From positions 42,152,296 through 42,206,171 of the forward strand of contig NC_057718.1 of the NCBI RefSeq assembly GCF_004010195.1: a stretch of 53,876 bases of DNA. Direction: 5' to 3'. Shown piece after piece: positions 50,180-53,876 of the stretch (position 1 is the first letter of the stretch; every line of letters starts with the position of its first letter). The notes under the pieces were generated by a model. That model was not told the DNA's origin and ran no database searches. It saw only the letters and a list, made by a program, of their open reading frames with translations. Made by a program: the position numbers and the translations under genes. Source of the DNA: Chiloscyllium plagiosum. Taxonomy: Eukaryota.

Positions 50180-50290
50180 TGTAAAACAAAATGAAGTGCT
50201 GGAAAAACTCAGCAGGTGTGGTAGCAGCAACGGGAAGCCACTTTAAACCTGAAGAAAACAAGTTTGTATTTCCTTCATTAGATGCTGCAA
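50180..50290. mobile_element. Degenerate Penelope-terminus fragment
   Basis: gtgctggaaaaactcagcaggtgtggtagcagc...gatgctgc, similar to 5760-5790. Confidence 0.5.
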
Positions 50291-50789
50291 GTTGTGACTT
50301 TGAATTGGATAAGTCTGAGATCTTTCAAAAGTACAAGAGCACCCTCTGCCTCTTGTAAACCTATGAAATCATATAGAAAAATGAAGATCTAGGAAAAATC
50401 TTCAGATCAGCAAGGACCAACCCAACAGATCTCGTGGACAAAGACTACAGAGCTGTTTGCACAGTTTCCCCTACATCCTCATGTTTTTTTCCCTGTTTAT
50501 ATTTGTCTGTGAGTGTATTTTTAGGGGAGAATTTAAAAGTGGTCTAGAGTTTTAATTTATTAAGTTTACTTCACTTTGTTTCATTCTTTACCTGCAACTA
50601 GAATTGAATGATCCATAATAATTAGATATTCTTGTTGAGAACAAAAACCTGATCCACGTTTTCCATCAATCTGGGTCTGAAAATCAGGAAGTTTGAGAAT
50701 TTTGCACATTTCTTTTTAAAAGCTTTAACTTTTGTGATGTCTCCAGAAATCGCAGGGCTTTATTTCCAGGGTGCTCCACAGTATGTGAT

Positions 50790-51066
50790 GCACGGTGGAT
50801 CAGTAGTTAGCACTGCTGCCTCACACCACCAGGGTCCCAGGTTCAATTCTAGCCTCGGGTAATTGTCTATGTAGAGTTTGTGCATTGTTCCTGTGTCTGT
50901 GTGGGTTTCCTCCCACAGTCCAAAGATGTGCAGGTCAGGTCAATTGGCCCATAGTGTTAGGTGCAGTAGTCGAGGGAAATGGGTCTGGGTGGGTTACTCT
51001 TCGGACGGGTTGATGTGGACTGGTTTGGCCAAGCGGCCTGTTTCCACACTGTAGGGAATCTAATCA
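50790..51066 (+). mobile_element. HE1-like tRNA-derived SINE
   Basis: gcacggtggatcagtagttagcactgctgcctcac, B box ggttcaattc, ending ccacactgtagggaatctaatc. Confidence 0.9.
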
Positions 51067-51179
51067 ATGTTTAAAGGTGCAAAGAGTTAATGTATTTTGG
51101 TCACACAAAGCCTAAAGTTGGGTTGTCCTAATGTTTCATTTCATTTATTTAGTAAACAACTTGGCTATATAGATGAAAA

Positions 51180-51410
51180 GTCTCTCAGGTTCCATTTGTG
51201 TTGTGTTAGCTGATCTACACCAGGTGAAGTAATAGATAAAAGGTGGGAAAGTAAGACTACTAAGATTGGGCTAAATATTTCTGGGTTGAACTGAAGGGAG
51301 TATCAGTCAGCATTCCCACTCCTGATCATAGTCTAACAATCACTATTGCAAGTACAAGTGGGTGACTGCTAAGGTAGAACAGGATTGTTTGAACTGTGGT
51401 GTCACCCTCA
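51180..51410 (+). mobile_element. Possible ancient tRNA-derived SINE remnant
   Basis: caggttcc...gttagctgatct...ttcccactcctgatc...acaggatt pattern recalled from old vertebrate SINEs. Family not identified. Confidence 0.35.
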
Positions 51411-51411
51411 C

Positions 51412-51452
51412 TTTAGTAATGGACTATTTTAGTAAAACAGTCCATTACTAAA
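51412..51452. repeat. 41-bp near-perfect palindrome
   Basis: tttagtaatggactatttta-g-taaaacagtccattactaaa, with 19 of 20 positions complementary. Confidence 0.95.
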
Positions 51453-52019
51453 TAGCACATCATTTATGATGACAGAGTAATAATCAGCATTAGTGCAAGG
51501 ACAAAATGCCTTTTACTATTTCATTCTTTTGGTAACTGTTTTATTTAATGGCGACTCTTAAAAGACAAAGGCCATGAAATGTCTGGAAGATTTTGATGTA
51601 ACTATAGTTTAAGAACAGACTTGCACCATACTTTTAAAAAGGGAAGAAAAGACCGGAAATTGTTGGAGCAAAAATTAATCCTTATTGTCATACTTTATCT
51701 ATTTCTTTATCATGTATAATTACATCACGAAGTAAAATTCTGCCATTGCATGGGACTGTTGCTGGAATCCATGATGGATAACACAGTAACATTAGTAACC
51801 AGTGGTTGTGAACAAGACTGCTTTAATTGCCAGCTTCAATCAATTAAGAGATTAGAGTTAGTAAACTTCTCAATCTGTCCTTCAATCAAAGGAAGTCAAC
51901 CTTTCTCTCAAGATGTTACTGTTACAGATAACTGACAACTAATCTTAATAAAAAATGGAGCAAATAATTTACCAAACAGATTTTTCAATGATTGAATACT
52001 AGATGTATGTACAATAAAT

Positions 52020-52190
52020 TCCAGCAATTTGATAAAGTTGTTTAAAATCATTAAAGGTTTTGTAGAGTAAATAAACAGAAACTGTTTCCATTCCCGAAGG
52101 GTCAGTAACCATAAGGTACAGAATGAAGCTGAATGGCAACAGAACCAGTGATGACAGGATAAAACAATAACATTTGGAATGCTCTAATAG
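52020..52190 (+). mobile_element. Old CR1 fragment
   Basis: ttgataaagttgtttaaaatcattaaaggtttt...aaactgtttcca (LI..FKI.KG..KLFP). Confidence 0.65.
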
Positions 52191-52327
52191 GCTAGTAGAT
52201 ATATATTAAACAGCATTCTCCAAAACTGAACTTGTTATGAAGACACTTCATATTTAACTTGAGTTTGGAGGATTCTGGATGCCTGGATTGCTTGTTTTTT
52301 ATGTCAATTAAAGGACATTGAACATTA

Positions 52328-52485
52328 GTGAGTTTTGAGAAGATTTGTAGCTCAGGTTGAGGCTCTGGATGTAGGTTTTCTTGTTGATCTGGAAGATTCG
52401 TTTTCAGATGTTTCGTCACCATACTAAGTAATATCTTCAGTGAGCCTCCAAATGAGCTTCCAGCTCAGCGAGCAAACCTACATCC
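52328..52485 (-). mobile_element. 158-bp Penelope-derived mini-element with perfect 13-bp TSD and a hammerhead-like core (52404-52443)
   Basis: acattgaacatta at both 52315-52327 and 52486-52498. Starts gagaagatttgtagctc as at 47889. Minus strand reads UCA CUGAAGA UAUUACUUAGUAUGGUGAC GAAA C AUC/UGA. Confidence 0.9.
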
Positions 52486-53029
52486 ACATTGAACATTATT
52501 TATAAGAACGCAATTCCTTGAAAGTTACATGTTTTGTATTTACAGTTTGTTAACTGCAGTTTATGATTGTCAGGTTGCAGCTTTTACTTTGAAAATTGCT
52601 AGGGTTTTTCAGTTTGTGACTAACCTAGGGAAGGGAAAGATTGTAGCACTCCTGTTTCTAACAACTTCATGTAGTGGGTCCAGTGTGGTAGCGAGAACCC
52701 TGATCCAGTTTGGTGCCTGATTGTCCTCCTGAAGAATGGCCAATACCGTGTTTCCTGAGCCAGCTATGTTGATATAGATCCCAGAAACAATCCCCAATGT
52801 TGGTGAAATCCATCTATACATACCAGAATGCCGGGCGGATATCCTTTTTTGCCTCCAAGAACTAAGGTTTATTACTAGAAATTATTTCTTCCCCAAAATG
52901 AATCATTGTAGAGAGGTAACGGCTTTTTTTAAAATCTCCCTTTACCTGGTCTGTTTGTTTTGAATAATTTAAAAATTACATTTTTATGGTGAATATTACA
53001 TTTTTATGTTACAAACTAAACGTTTAACC

Positions 53030-53256
53030 AGGAGAAAGTGAGGACTGCAGATGCTAGAGCTCAGATCAAGAGTATGATGCTGGAAAAGCATAGGAGGTCA
53101 GGCAGCATCCAAGGAGCAGGAAAATTGACATTTCAGGCATAAACCCTTCATCAGGAAATCCCTTCCTGGTGAAGGGCTTATGCCCGAAATATCGATTCTC
53201 CTACTCCTCGAATGCTGCCTGACCTGCTGTGCTTTTTCCAGCACCACATTCTCGAC
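53030..53256. mobile_element. Fold-back Penelope-derived element with two back-to-back hammerhead-like cores
   Basis: 53078-53157 is inverted at 53163-53243. Flanks actaaacgtttaa / actaaatggttaa (13 bp, 2 mismatches). Confidence 0.88.
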
Positions 53257-53523
53257 ACTAAATGGTTAAATACAACAATACAGTTTGTGTTGTGACTGTG
53301 GAATGATGAAACTGGAGAAAGACAGTCCATTTGTCCTATCTTGGTCATAACAAATTAGATAAGTAATTAAAGTAGAAAAATTACAGAAGTATCAGTCAAG
53401 AGCAGGGGAGGCTCTTTCAAAGAGTTGACATGGACTGATTGAGTTGAAAAGCCTGTGTTGTACAATTCTATGATTTGATATTTTAGAGTCCCTTTCATGA
53501 AATACTGTTTACTGTACTTCGTG

Positions 53524-53876
53524 TAAGACCATAAGACCATAAGATGTAGGAGTGGAAGTACGGCCATTCAGCCCATCGAGTCCACTCCGCCATTCAATCA
53601 TGGCTGATTTCAACTCCACTTACCCGCATTCTCCCCGTAGCCCTTAATTCCTTGTGACATCAAGAATTTATCAATTTCTGCCTTGAAGACATTTAGCGTC
53701 CCAGCCTCCACTGCACTCTGTGGCAATGAATTCCACAGGCCCACCACTCTCTGGCTGAAGAAATGTCTCCGCATTTCTGTTCTGAATTTACCCCCTCTAA
53801 TTCTAAGGCTGTGTCCACGGGTCCTAGTCTCCTCGCCTAACGGAAACAATTTCCTAGCGTCCACCCTCTCCAAACC
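53524..53876 (-). mobile_element. Young CR1 LINE 3' end, running off the window
   Basis: (taagacca)n tail. ORF reads TRTRGHSLRIRGGKFRTEMRRHFFSQRVVGLWNSLPQ. Confidence 0.95.

Noticed and set aside
50293..50789. Possible old LTR before the SINE
   Set aside because: The composition is LTR-like, but I could not establish termini or a TSD.
52609..52821. 70-aa minus-strand ORF in unique sequence as a possible exon
   Set aside because: No recognisable homology and no clear splice signals. It cannot be supported without a database search.
3934..53876. Strand bias of CR1 insertions as a sign of an enclosing transcription unit
   Set aside because: About ten minus and seven plus copies is not a convincing bias.

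Overview
This window is vertebrate, repeat-dominated, non-genic DNA, almost certainly from a cartilaginous fish. The HE1-type SINEs, CR1 LINEs with (CATAGAGT)n tails and Penelope families suggest a shark, but that assignment is inferred from recalled repeat families. I found no intact host protein-coding exon, rRNA, true tRNA gene or CRISPR array. Every interpretable ORF is a decayed transposon fragment. The window holds many 5'-truncated CR1 LINEs, three HE1-like SINEs, three long Penelope-like elements (PLEs) and several short PLE-derived elements. It also holds a two-LTR Gmr1-type Gypsy provirus (40052-45400, integrase upstream of RT, 4-bp TSD), a second heavily nested Gypsy relic, solo LTRs with TSDs, and ancient PIF/Harbinger relics. 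There are two assembly gaps (27830-28263 and 35009-35158). The most interesting signal is a set of minimal hammerhead-ribozyme cores (CUGANGA-stem II-GAAAC-NUC) carried by the PLE termini and by tiny 126-230 bp TSD-flanked elements from two PLE families, some as inverted pairs. Other points worth checking are LTRs that both start with CG rather than TG, a 22-bp Penelope-like filler in the 3' LTR, a 41-bp near-perfect hairpin, a diverged ~100-bp duplication 5 kb apart, and repeat-free motif-rich islands that may be conserved enhancers. Coordinates were read by eye, and boundaries of old elements are approximate.
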